A stretch of 64,000 bases of DNA, from NCBI RefSeq assembly GCF_000315625.1, contig NW_005434660.1, positions 531,911 to 595,910 on the forward strand, written 5' to 3'. Numbering within the stretch: position 1 is the first letter of the stretch; each line of letters begins with the position of its first letter. Below, piece by piece: positions 9,394-20,793 of this stretch. Below the pieces are notes generated by a model. The model was given only the letters and a program-made list of their open reading frames with translations, was not told the origin of the DNA and did not search any database. Position numbers and translations under genes: made by a program. This stretch comes from Guillardia theta CCMP2712. Lineage: Eukaryota > Protista > Cryptophyta.

Positions 9394-12300
9394 ATGCCAT
9401 GCGGGATCTGCGGAAGTGTCCGCCATGGCGACTGCATGGAGACCAGTGGGAAGAGTAGCAAGAAGAAGGAGAAGACATCGAAGAAGCCCGCCAAGCCTCT
9501 CAAGAAGATTGTGGTTCCCCAAGGATGCTCTCTCGCCGACATGTTGCGGCCTGTGAGGGAAGCGGTTCCCAACGCTACTGTCAGAATCCCAAGGAAGGTA
9601 ATAGACAGCGACTTCACCTGCGCGATCTGCATGAACATCATCAGCGAGACGACGATCATTACGGACTGTCTCCACCGCTTCTGTGCCGACTGCATCACAC
9701 AATGCTTGAGGCACAGCAAGCGAGAATGCCCTTCTTGCCGCACGCCAGTGGCCAGCCAGAGGAAGCTAGTGAGAGACGCGGACTTCGACACGATGATCTG
9801 TAAGATGTACAGAGACGTCTCTGAGCTGCGAGAGATCCAGGACGTCAAGGCGGCTGAATTCGCCTTCAGCGACAATATCAAAGTACTCTCAGAGGACCTC
9901 AAGGAGCGGCTGGAACAGCAGGAGCAGCTTGCAGCGGTGGGGGGCAGGAGCATCGAGGCAGATCCAACCGGTGACAAGAAAGGAAGAGGGAGGAAGAAGG
10001 CCAAGACCTCCCATGGGGACGATGACGGCAGTAGCGAGGACCAGATGCCGAGAATGGCCCCGGCGTTCATGTCGGAGAACGCTCAGCTCCGGCCGTCCTA
10101 CTTTGTGCGGCTGCAGGAGAACGAGTACCCGGGGGAAGCTCCTTCCAACTTCACGGAGCCGCCAGAGTGCGCTTGCTTCTACGTGGAAGGGACAGGAGGA
10201 TGCAAGGCCGACTGCGGGAACCGGAAGCTCCGGGTACAGTGCAACGCGGAGACTTGCCCTTGCGGGGAGAACTGTACCAACATCCTGTTCAGGGCCAACG
10301 TGAAGGGGCAGGTGGTGAAGCCGTTCCAGCGGGCCATCCGACTCGGCGTGTTCAACCACCCCAACAAGGGCTGGGCCCTCAAGACTCTGGAGGACGTGAG
10401 CAAGGGGCGGATGCTGGAGGAAGTCCTGGGAGAGGTGCTGACCCTTGCTGAATGTGCTTCACGGCTGCAAACGCCAAAGAGGAGGGCGGCAGCCAAGACG
10501 TCAGGCTCTCACTTCCTGATCTCCCTTGACAGGGAGCAGGTGGGAGAGGAGATGCTGTACCTAGACCTGACTGAGAAATCCTCGCTCTCGCGGTTCGCGA
10601 ATCATTCCTCTACCCCAAACTGCGAGTTGCAGATCTGGAATGTGTTTGGGGAGAAGCGAGTGGGGCTGTTTGCTCTTAAGGACATCAAGAAGGACTCGGA
10701 GATCACGCTTGACTACGGCGAAACTCACGTCGGAGACAAGGGCATCGAGAACCATTGTGATACACGGGGAAAGCAGCAGAAGGAAATTCCCTTTCGACAG
10801 TACGTGGAGGACGTGGTGGAGCTTGCAAGGCAGCGGGAGTGCAAGTTGGCGACTGATGAAGCTGTGATGGAGGTGCATCAGGAGGAGACTACGACGACTG
10901 CTCATAAGGACGCGAAGGATCTCGGACGAGCTGAGGAGTGCAAGGGCGAAACTGTTTCTGCCGCCGCTGCTGCTGTGGCTGCTGCTGCTGCTGATCAGGA
11001 CAAGTGCACTGCGAGCAAAGACCAGGAGTCTGAGTCCTCACAGCCTGTTGGGCTGCCCCAGCAGGAGAAGAGGGAGGCAGTTCAGAGCCTTGGGGTGAAA
11101 GGTGATGAGGAGAATGAGGCAGGCACAAAGAAGCGAAGATCTCGGTGGGACATGGGGAGGTCAGATGCCAGCAAGGAGAGCAACGAGACAGGAAGCGCCT
11201 TGGAAGTGGGTAAGGAAGAGAAGCCGTCCATGGGTAAGAGTAAGGAAGAGAAGCCGTCCATGGGTTTGCATGATGCTCTGCTCTCGATGAAGATCCCGAC
11301 GTCCTCCAGCACCACTTTTCACCATCCCATGAGTGAGCGCTCGACAAGCAGCTACCACAGGAGGCAGCCCACCAGGGGGCCCAGCAGGGATGAGGTGAGA
11401 GACGATTATCTGATAAGGGACGGGAAGGCCATGTCGCTGGCGGAGATCTTGAAGCACTGGGGGCTGGTCAACGATGACCAGGTCGAAGAGGCCTATGAAT
11501 ACTCGAGGACGCATGACCTGCCCTTGTCTGAGGCCTTTCAGAAGCGCTTCAACACCCCGGTGGAGCTGATTGAACGAGCCTTCCGACGGCGAGACGCCGC
11601 GATACGGCATCTCGACTCGCTGGAGCACCCGATGAGGAGCGGCCGGTCGGAGTCGAAGCCAGGGGGTCATGATGGTGAAGGGAGTGAGGCCCTTAAGGCA
11701 AAACTCGAAGAGATGCAGAGAAAGGTTGAAGCGCTTGAGAGAGAGAAGAAGCAGCAACAACTGCAACAACAACAACTGCAACAACAACAACAGCTGCAAC
11801 AACATGACCAGTATCAGCAATATCAGATGCATCAGCAACAGTACCTCACACAGCAATATCCGTATCCGCAGCATTATCAGCCGCCCCTTCCACCTCCTTC
11901 CCACTTCCCCACCCCCTCCCTCCCTCCTTCGTATCCCCCTGCTTCCCTCCCTCCCCCACAGCATCCTCCTCCTGTATATTCGATGAATGGCGTTCCTTCT
12001 GGAGATACACCCTCTGGCTGGGTAGGAGGCGACACAGTCAGTTCTGCGAGCTACTCCAACTACTACAATGCCTCTGAAGGGGGGCAGGAGGCGCCGTTGC
12101 CTGCTGCTACTCCCTTACCTGCGAATGTAAATACTCCAACCCCAGTGAGTTGTCAGTTGGCCTTCTTTCCTCCCCTTGACTTGTTCGTTGCCGTTGACTT
12201 GGGAGGCAGGATATCTCTTCAAGGCAGCATCAGTCTCTTGCTGAGCAAGGCACCACAGTTTCTGGCGGTATCACTTTACCTCAACTTCCCTCCTTCCCTC

Positions 12301-13181
12301 CTTGTCTCCCTCCCATTGCCCTTTCCCACCTCCGCCCCCACCTCCACCACCTCCACCACCTCTTCAACCCCCTTCCCCCCCCCCTCCTCCTTCTTCCCAT
12401 AGTCGAGATACATGCCGATTTCTCCACTCTCACTCCACGGCACTGAGTTTCTCCTGCAGATCCTCCCCCTGTAGGGCCGGCAAACGCGCAGACTCCTCAG
12501 TCACAGACTGCAGAGGGCACTGCTGCCTCCTCCCAGCTGGCAGCTGCCAACTCTGCTCACTCCTCCATCGACACAACAGACAGAGACCTCAAGGCAAGAA
12601 ACCCGAGCACAGCCAAGGTGAAAAGAGAGGAGGACGCGACCGAGCAAGCAGCTCTCGTTCTCAGACCCTCACGTGTCTTGTGCAGAGGTCTTCTTCCTCT
12701 CGCGGCGATCATGGTGCACGGAAGATGGAGGAGATCAAGACTGTCCTCGGGCCTATTGTTTGCAAGTGGCTGAGCTTCAAGAAGAAGGAGCCAGAGTGCA
12801 CGTTCCTGCTGTACGTCTCCTCTCTTTCTCTCCTTCCTCGCTCTCCGCTTGTTCTCATGTCCTGGCAACCGCAGGGATAAGGATGAGTTCAAGACGATTG
12901 CTCGGCGACTGGTACATGAGCTGCTCCCAGGATCAGGTCACAAGGTGAGACTCTCTCCTCCCCTCTCCCCCTTCCTTCCCTGTCTTGTCTCCCTCTCTTG
13001 TCTACCTGTCTTGTCTCCCTCTCTCTGGGCACTCGTGATGGTGCGATGTCAGCGATCGCTCGGGAGCGACTGCACAGTAGAAGCGCTGGAGCAGCCGAGG
13101 CTTCAGGCTCAGGTCAAGGAGCATGTCGACATCTTCATCAAGCGCCGCCGACAAGCCGCCAAGACTGAACCTGCGTCCTGA
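9394..13181 (+). CDS. RING1/RNF2-type RING + AWS-SET + ULM-like motif + polyQ/Pro region + SRI-like domain chromatin protein (Set2-like architecture)
   Basis: RING: CAICMNIISETTIITDCLHRFCADCITQCLRHSKRECPSCR...DADFDTMICKMY (9619-9810). AWS: CAC...CKADCGNRKLRVQCNAETCPCGENCTN. SET: KGWALKT...RFANHSSTPNC...ITLDY (10342-10716). C-terminal exons: IVCKWLS...DEFKTIARRLVHEL...VKEHVDIFI (SRI-like). Confidence 0.9.
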
Positions 13182-13326
13182 TCCCTAGAATACTCAAGGG
13201 AAGCAGTACCCCTCCCATACTATATCACCCTACCCCCCTTCTCTCTTCTTTGATAGTGAAAGATAATTGAAGGACCCCCTACAAAAATACCCCACCCCCT
13301 CTGTTGGACTCTGATTCGGAGGGAAA

Positions 13327-14212
13327 ATGCGTGCGTGGCGGATTTTGCTGATAGCGATGGTGGCGGCGGTGGCGATGGCGGGAGAGGATCATTTCGTAGA
13401 GGAAGCGACATCTGTGAAGTTCCCTCTGGACATCCCAGGAGAGAAGAGCTCGCTCGTCCTCCTCGGTGCGACCGTCAGGGTCAAGAAAATCCTCTTCGTG
13501 AATGTGCAGGTAACTTGGCCATCCGACATGGCGGCAGAGGAGGATGAGGCCATGGCTTGCAGGTGTATGCTGTCGGTGTCTACACGGAGCCAGGCGTCGT
13601 CGAAGAGCTGAAGGGAAAGGAGCCGAACGACATGTCGGGCAGAGGAGACGCGGCCTCGTGTTGGAAAACTGACACCCGTGCACAGGTACAAGTATCTCAT
13701 GGAGCATCCCGTCCAGTCGTCGCTCAGACTCACGATGGTGAGGAGCGTCACGGGGGATCAGATGGGAGGAGCCCTCAAGGAGGCCGTGCAGCCCCGCCTG
13801 AAGCTCTTCGCCAGGGACGAGGTAGGACGAGCCGGAAGGGAGATGGGGGCTAACTGGTGGGAGCAAGGCCTCGACTGCAGGAGACATGTCAGCCTTCGAG
13901 AAGCAATTTGACATGAGCTCGCTGGCAGCTGGGACTGTCTTGACATTCTCTCGTCTGCAGGCAAGTGAAGGAACACAGGAGGGAGGGAGGGGGCTCGCAT
14001 GACATGCTTGCAGAATGGAAATCTTGTGACTGAGATTGACGGGAAGGACAAAGGAGAGATACAATCAGAGGCCCTCTCAAGATCTCTGTTCAGGTTGCTA
14101 AGAAATGAGATGGAGGAGGAGGATGACGGCTGTTGTTGCTTGCAGCGTGTTTCTCGACAACGATTCAGTTGTGGAACGATCGAAGCTGCTTCAGCGCCTG
14201 CCGGTGTTGTAA
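13327..14212 (+). CDS. Chalcone-isomerase-fold (CHI/FAP-like) protein with signal peptide
   Basis: EEATSVKFP...LVLLGATVRVKKILFVNVQ|VYAVGVY...SLRLTMVRSVTGDQMGGAL...GEIQSEALSRSLF|SVFLD, preceded by a hydrophobic N-terminus. Confidence 0.85.
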
Positions 14213-14329
14213 CAAGGGACTGGTGGGAAGCAAGAGATGGACGGAGTAAGATTCCATTGGAGCTAGGGACAGGAGGTAACTTTAAGGAGAGAACAAACTA
14301 CAACAGCACAAAGTGGTCGGCGTTGCTAA

Positions 14330-15315
14330 TCAGCAAACAGTTTCCGTCGAATCCTTGAAATATCTGAACCCTTGGCTTTCTGTGGGATCGGAGATAGTTA
14401 GAGAGCGCATGATGTCAACCATTCTCGTGCTCACATGATGCTGACGCTGATCTTTGTTTCTCTTCGCACTCTTACCATCATGGCGCGACTTCGGCTTCAC
14501 ACCTGCAGGGACGTCAGCGCCAGTAAGGTTGAGAAGCACGCTGGGGAACCTGCTGATGCTACTCTCTTCCATTCCTCATGCTTGGTCGCATTCTTGTCCA
14601 TCCACTCCCGCACATCCTCCTGCCGCGTCATGAGTCCTCCTCCAACAGGAGCTGCCGATCCTCCTCAACCTGGTTCCCATGCGCCGTCCACTTGTCAAAG
14701 AACCAACTCTCGATGTCCAAGTCCCTGGCGGCACGAGATCACAACCCATCAGTCGAGGCACAACCCTCACATCAGTCTTCCCGGATCCTCCAGGTCTATC
14801 GCACCGCTGAAGCACCATACGTCAACCCGCCGGCCACTCAAAGTCTCTCACCACCTTTTGTGAGCGTGGCCGAAGGCTCTCCAGACGCTGCTCAACCGTG
14901 AGAGGGGGAGGGGGAAGTGTCATGCTACTTGAAGGTTACGTCCTCGGGCTGCGACGACTCCGGGGGCAGGTCTGAGATCTCCTGCGGGGGGACGAGCCAC
15001 GTCAGTGGGCCATCAAGTCAGGCCCTCCTGTTCGCACGCCTGACCTCGCATTGAGAATCGACCTCCTTGTCCCAGTCAACGACAGAGATCCCTTTCAATC
15101 CGTAACGCTTCTTCGTGAAGTCAGGATCGTCGCGCACCAGCCGCGGCAGGCTGTCAAGATCAATGAGATCGAGTCAGCTCCTCCGTCTCTCACCCCAAGG
15201 AGTCTCTGTACGTAGGAACGCGAGCCTGCGGCTTGTTGCCAACGTTGTAATGGCAGTTTCCAGGTAGGAGAAGTAGACAGAACCAGCAGGATAATGTGAC
15301 AGAGATGGGCGACAT
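14330..15315 (-). CDS. Multi-exon hypothetical protein with predicted signal peptide
   Basis: MSPISVTLSCWFCLLLLPGNCHY...RDSLG|LPRLVRDDPDFTKKRYGLKG, with GT-AG introns. The 3' exons are uncertain. Confidence 0.45.
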
Positions 15316-15488
15316 CGATCACAACACTTGTAGATAGGATGAGGGGGTAGGAAGAGAGTGAAGAGTGAAAACAACACGATGAAGGAGAAAGAAACAGGAG
15401 GAGGCTGATGTGATGGTGGAGGGAGCGATGGCTGTTTCAGTGAGGTACGTGCTTCCTATAGAGGGAGGTTCAAAACTCTCGAATGGGA

Positions 15489-15489
<1 letters not shown>

Positions 15490-15541
<52 letters not shown>
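15490..15541. repeat. (GT)n microsatellite
   Basis: About 26 GT units. Confidence 0.95.
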
Positions 15542-15543
<2 letters not shown>

Positions 15544-15949
15544 GGAGGGGGGGTGGAAGGGGGGAAAGACAAGGAGGATGTAGCAAGGCAAAGAGTGGGA
15601 GAAGACGCAGGGAGGTTGGGGAAGAGGGAAGGAGGAAACAGGTGACAGGGGGGAGACAGAGGGAGGAGGGGAAGGGGGAGGAGTGAGAAGGAGGAGGGAG
15701 AGTGAAAGGATGATGGGATACTGTAGGGCACCACTAGGGAGGAGGGAGAGTGAGCGGTAGACGGCTGTGGCTAGTCGGCAAGCAGATCGGGTGATGATAT
15801 GAGCACGCCTACTTGAAATTTCAGATTTGTAAGTGCAGTTCTGAATTCAAAATCACTGCAGTTTCAAATTCAAAAGACGAAATGAATATTATTCCACTAC
15901 TAGTGCCGCTGAATTTTATAAACATTTGTACAGAATTATCGCCTTGCGG

Positions 15950-16155
15950 TATCGACTACCGTAGTACTATGATGTACAGTGACTTGGACCGGACCGTGAC
16001 CGGGGCCCGGCCCGGCCAGTCACGCCTGACGCCGGATCTCCGGCCGACGGTCGGACCGGCGCCGCTCAGGCTAGACCATCACATGGGAGTCCATGGCTGA
16101 GGGCCACTGATCGGCAGCAAGAAACTCACTGACCAGCGTCCGGTCGACTTCCGAG
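15950..16155. promoter_or_regulatory. CCGG-rich island next to an AT-rich tract
   Basis: gaccggaccgtgaccggggcccggcccggcc..., gtagtact and acttccgagt, following AT-rich 15810-15940. Confidence 0.4.
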
Positions 16156-16159
16156 TCCT

Positions 16160-18133
16160 CCGTTCTCTTCATCAGGTACGAAAACCTGTAGGGCTCCTGG
16201 AAAAAGTCCCACGAGTCAGCCAACAAAGTCCCACGGTTGTACTCGAGTCACTTCGCGCCAGGAAGGCGTGACAAGCCAGCAGGATCACAGGACTAATTCT
16301 ACCAGTAATTTACCTCAAGTGCGTTTGAGAAGACCTTCAAGTTCCAATGCAAGTCGAGTTTGTGTAAATGTTACAGTGTGGTCCCCCAAAAAAAAGCATA
16401 GTCTACGAGTCAGCAAACCATCGTCAAGTAACAAAATATCAGCACCTGCTCAACAAAGTCCGTCAGTGTCAAAATATAGCAATGTCCGAAGGATGTCCGT
16501 GTATTTACCTCTCCAAAGTTCGGCACGCCAAAGGAAGTAAAAATGAAGTTACGAGTATGAAAGCATATCCTGTCCCGACCACCGTCAAGCTGCTTTCCTC
16601 ATTTCACTCCCTCCCCTCACCCTGTCTTCCTCCAGAAATAAAGGAACGTCACATGACACCCCAACGTCCTCCTGTCTCCGTGCGCGTACCCGACCACCTG
16701 CTGCCTGCTGTCTGCAACTTTCTTCTCAGCGACCAGCGCCTCCTCGCTTCCTCGCGTACCGCTGAGCTCTTTGATCTCTGAGCCGTTCAGGGTCGCCTTG
16801 AACGTGCGCATCCAGCGGGTCTTGAAGCCTCCCAGGAACTGGCGCATCCGGCACAAGTGAAGAAGAGGAGTGAGAAGAAGATGACGACAAAGACGATGAG
16901 TGCAAAGACCTGAGGAAGGCGGAAACGTGCATGCCCAAGCAATCTCACAGGGCAATGTGCGGCCTCACTGTCAAAATCAAGCAAAAGATGGCTCTCAAGA
17001 TGACTTGTGACGATTGAAAACAGCTGCTTCGTCATGCCCTCTGCAGTGACAGATAATAGACAAGACTGTCAGCGATCGTCGTCTCTCACTCACACATCGC
17101 ATGTCTCTACCAAACGTCGAGTTCGACTTCGCCGCCATCTTCTCCATCAGCCCTCTCGACGTGTCGCAAGTGCCCATCCTGCTCGCCAGAACAGACATCA
17201 TCCCATGGGAGCTGTAGCAAGTCATCTCAGTGTCTCCACACGAGCATCATCATCATCATCAGCAACAACCTCCCCGACACTAGCTTCATCGCTCGGTCGG
17301 CAAGCAAAGGAGAAGAGGGGCTCTCTTGATCAAACGTCACGACCCCTCCCAGTCTGCGGAAGTCCAAATGCTTCAGCTCGATCTCGGCGCTGTCGGGCCC
17401 CAGAGGCTCCGGATAGATGATGGACATGCAGACGTCCTTCCTCACCACTCCTAGTAGCCGGAAGCGCTCCATCCTCATCCTCCCTCCCTCCAGCAGCCGC
17501 ATGCTCACAACCTCGTCCACCTGGAACTCAGGCGGGCACGTCACATCCCAAGCCTGTCGAGCGATGCCTCTGAGCGCGTCCATGTCCTGCATGCTCACAA
17601 GATGGAGCATGCACTGCCCTACCTACGATCGACTCATTCACCCCGCCTCCCTCCCCCCTCTCCATGCAAGCTTACCAGCCTCCCCCCGAAGCACGAACCC
17701 TCGTAATCGCCATGTACCGCTAGGCTCACGTCCCGTATTGTCCAGCTGGGTATGTCAGCGAGAATGATCCTCTCCCGTCGACTCAGCAGCATGCAGCTCA
17801 TCATATCGGTGTAGATCGCTCGCTTTTGTTCCTGCGCTCGCTGCCTTTCGTCGCAGGAGCGCAAGTAGGCGACGAGGTCATGGAGGAGGTTGAGGGCGGG
17901 GCGCTGCTTTTGTTGGTTCGCGGGGTCGATGGCGGGGGAGGACGGGGGTACCATGAGGTCGAGCTTGCTCATCAGGAGCTTCTGCTCGCTCCGCTGCTTG
18001 CTCTTGAGCTCCCGCTGCAGCCTCCTCCTCTTGTCCGCATCGGCGATGGGCATGTCGGGGAGGAGCGCTGCCTTCACGTCCGTTACATGAGCGTATAGCT
18101 GAGGGTGTAGATGTATGTTGCTGTCCTTCAGCT
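16160..18133. repeat. Left arm of a ~2-kb inverted repeat (partner 29464-31428)
   Basis: Near-identical reverse complement over 16540-18133, including introns. Similarity is patchy out to about 16160. Confidence 0.95.
16315..18053 (-). CDS. bHLH-PAS-like protein, paralog A
   Basis: Basic/HLH-like DKRRRLQRELKSKQRSEQKLLMSKLDLMVP...RPALNLLHDLVAYLRS. PAS-like IILADIPSWTIRDVS...GRL|VGQCMLHLVSMQDMDALRGI. Last exon GADILLLDDG...EGLLKRT*. Confidence 0.7.
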
Positions 18134-18299
18134 CCCCTAGGTATGTGTGGGTTCACAGTCGGATCTTCTGTACCATGCACCGTTTACCAGTAGAGTAAAG
18201 ATTCACTTAATTAAATTCTCATCAGGTGCATCCGGGTCCGCCCCGTTCCAAGGCTTCCTCAAGCACGGGATACTTCAGTGCCGCAGGCTGATGTGCTTG

Positions 18300-19806
18300 T
18301 CAAGTTGGCTTGCCGCTCTTGCTGCCCCATACTTGACCGTTGGGACCGAAGCCGCGCGTGTTTCTGAGGAACTGGAAGCCCTGAACACGATCATGGCCAT
18401 GAGACAGACAGACTCAACACTGAGGCGAGCACAAACCTCGTTGAGCATCTTCATGACGATCGCAGCAGTGTTGCGCGAGTCTACGAGCCCACTGGCGCTG
18501 CAGTCAGCATCCTCCCCTCTCCTTCTTGCTACCTATGAGCTCTTCCTTGGAACGAGATCCCGAGCCTCTCCACGCAGGCCTGACGGTCCTATCGGCATGA
18601 GGCTGCACAGCAGAGCACTAGAGTCACCTGCAGTCCTCCCACAGCATCCTTCTTGAAGTGACTCTTGTACAGTAGCTGCTGCCTGCTCAGCAGGGAGTGC
18701 GGGAGGGACGGTAGAGAGACCTTGAGATTGATCCAGTTGTTGAAGTAGGATGGGCGTGCAATCTTCAAGCTGAAGACCCCGACAAGTGAGAAAGGATTCA
18801 TGTGTCACTCCTGCCCAGTGGACGAACCGTGAAAACTCTGAATGCAGCGCAAACATGATGTCTGCATCCGACCACGTGACAAACGTGAAGGTGGAAGACG
18901 CTGCCCCCTCTGCCGGTAGCAAACCTGACGAGCGATGAGACCTGAGGGTCTGAAACGTCACAGCACTCATCGCACCATGCTGTTCCAGCCACTGCCGGTG
19001 CATCTCGATGGCGTCTTCGAGATGGACTCCAGCATCGACCATTTCCTGCGGGTCGTGTCTGAGAAACAACATACAGAGGTAGAGGAGCAGAGAGACAAGC
19101 TTGCCTGGCTGATGGCTGTTAGCTCCTTGCAGAAATCTGTCAACCTGGGGTTGACGCGGGGTTTGCAGTAAACCTTGACGAAGAAGAAAGAAATCAGACC
19201 AGATAAGGGATGCGATGCGGAGAACAAACACAAAGGTGTGAGAAACTTCAAGGCACACAGGTAGATGCATACTTGAAACTCAGAGACGATCTTGGGAGGA
19301 AAGGAGGTGCGGACTAGGACAGAGGGGAACTCGATGATTTCCAGTGGCTCAAGCTTCTTTCTGCGAGGAGGAGCTGTCAGCGATGAAGGAGCATCCCTTC
19401 CTGACACACTTGTTGTCACACGTCCATTCGAAGTCCAGAACCTGATCGCCATCGTGTCAACTCCCTGACCTCACGCCCCCCCCCGCCCCCCCTCCCCCCC
19501 TTCCTGTCATGAGCTGCTCACCACAAGGTAGTCGAATGGGCGCGCAGGAGCGTCCAGAGCTTTCCTGCTCCTCCGATTCCCTCGCACGTCCTTTTCCGTC
19601 GGCGGCTTCATGAAGTGCCATCCTTGACCTAGAGCTCGTGCGCCTGCATGCTCTTGCTCGGCAGGTTTCCTGCCCGCTGGGAATCCTTCAGGAGGCCGTC
19701 CTGCAGCTGCGCACTTGCTTCTCTTCCTCGCTGGAGGATCAGTAACAAGATCCTCCTCCTCCCCCATCCCTTCCCCTCCCTCTCCATGAGGCTGTGACTG
19801 CAACAT
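18300..19806 (-). CDS. ERI1/3'hExo-family DEDDh exoribonuclease
   Basis: FDYLV|VLDFEWTC...EIIEFPSVL...SEFQ|VYCKPRVNPRLTDFCKELTAISQ...FVTWSDAD...YFNNWINLK...FQGRAH..GLVDSRNTAAI. Confidence 0.9.
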
Positions 19807-20028
19807 CCACTGCTACTGCCTCCTACTCCCCGCTGCTGCTCCCCCTCCCCTCACGGTACCCCTCAATTGACTAAAATAACGATCCGCCACAAACTCGAGG
19901 AGGGGGAGGAGGACTGAAGGGGGAGGGGAAGGAGGAGGGAGAGGAGAAGGGAGGGAGGAGGGAAGGAAGAGGGAGTAGCAGGTGAAAGGAAGGCTCAGCA
20001 GCTGACTACATCTCCATCTTCATCGTCC

Positions 20029-20345
20029 CTTGCCTGACTTGAGCTCCAGCTGCCCCTGGACTGCATCCATCCCGTCACCTTCCAAGAGCTGCAGGTCTCC
20101 CTTCCCCCTTGGCTGCCTCGCTCAGTTGGTCTCTACAGGACGAGGGCGACGATGATGAGTCATCTTCGATGGCAGAGGTAACGCCATCCTATGAGCCGCC
20201 ATAGGACTCGCCTGGTCAGACCTGCGCAGGTGGCACGCCATGGCTGAGGCTTCTAGCACGAAGGAAGGCGAGGGAAGAGGTGAGGTGAGGGGGGCGAGGG
20301 GAGGAAGAAGTGAATGTTGGTGCAGAGCAAGGGAATTCTTGGTTT
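20029..20345 (+). pseudogene. Duplicated 3' fragment of the downstream DnaJ-Fer-type gene
   Basis: Direct repeat of about 23067-23475 with introns retained. It has a 1-nt deletion in the CPVDC codons (tgcccctggactgc vs tgccccgtcgactgc) and an internal deletion of about 90 bp. Confidence 0.8.
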
Positions 20346-20793
20346 TGGAGGATTTAGCTCGTATTAATCTTATGAGTGCAATAAAATCATCAAAGTTGAT
20401 ACAGGAGGCTGGAGGAGGAGGAGTGGGTAACAGCAGTCGCAGGAAAACGGGGACCCTCGTAGGAGAAAGCGGAGAGGCTGCAGTGATCAGTGTGAGAAAG
20501 CGGATCCATGGAGGTGAAACGATGATAGGAGAGCTGGAGGTATCTGCTTGAGGAGGCTGAATACTGACGCCATGCTCTAGCGGTGAAAGGCAACGAGGCT
20601 TGTCAGCGACACAAGGCACAGGGCCGTGCAAAAATGCCAAGTGGGGTGGGTAGTGGTGGTGTGCATTTCAAAAAAGTAGGTAGGGGTACCAAGATACAAA
20701 ATTGTGTGGTCTGAATGGAGGGTGGTAGACTGGAATTAGCAGGGGTGTCTTAAAAGATGGGTGGGTTGGGAGCTGTGATTCAGAACAGTTGCA

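Noticed and set aside
18300-19806. Functional link between ERI1 and the nearby hairpin-forming repeats
   Set aside because: Proximity alone is not evidence in a eukaryotic genome without operons.
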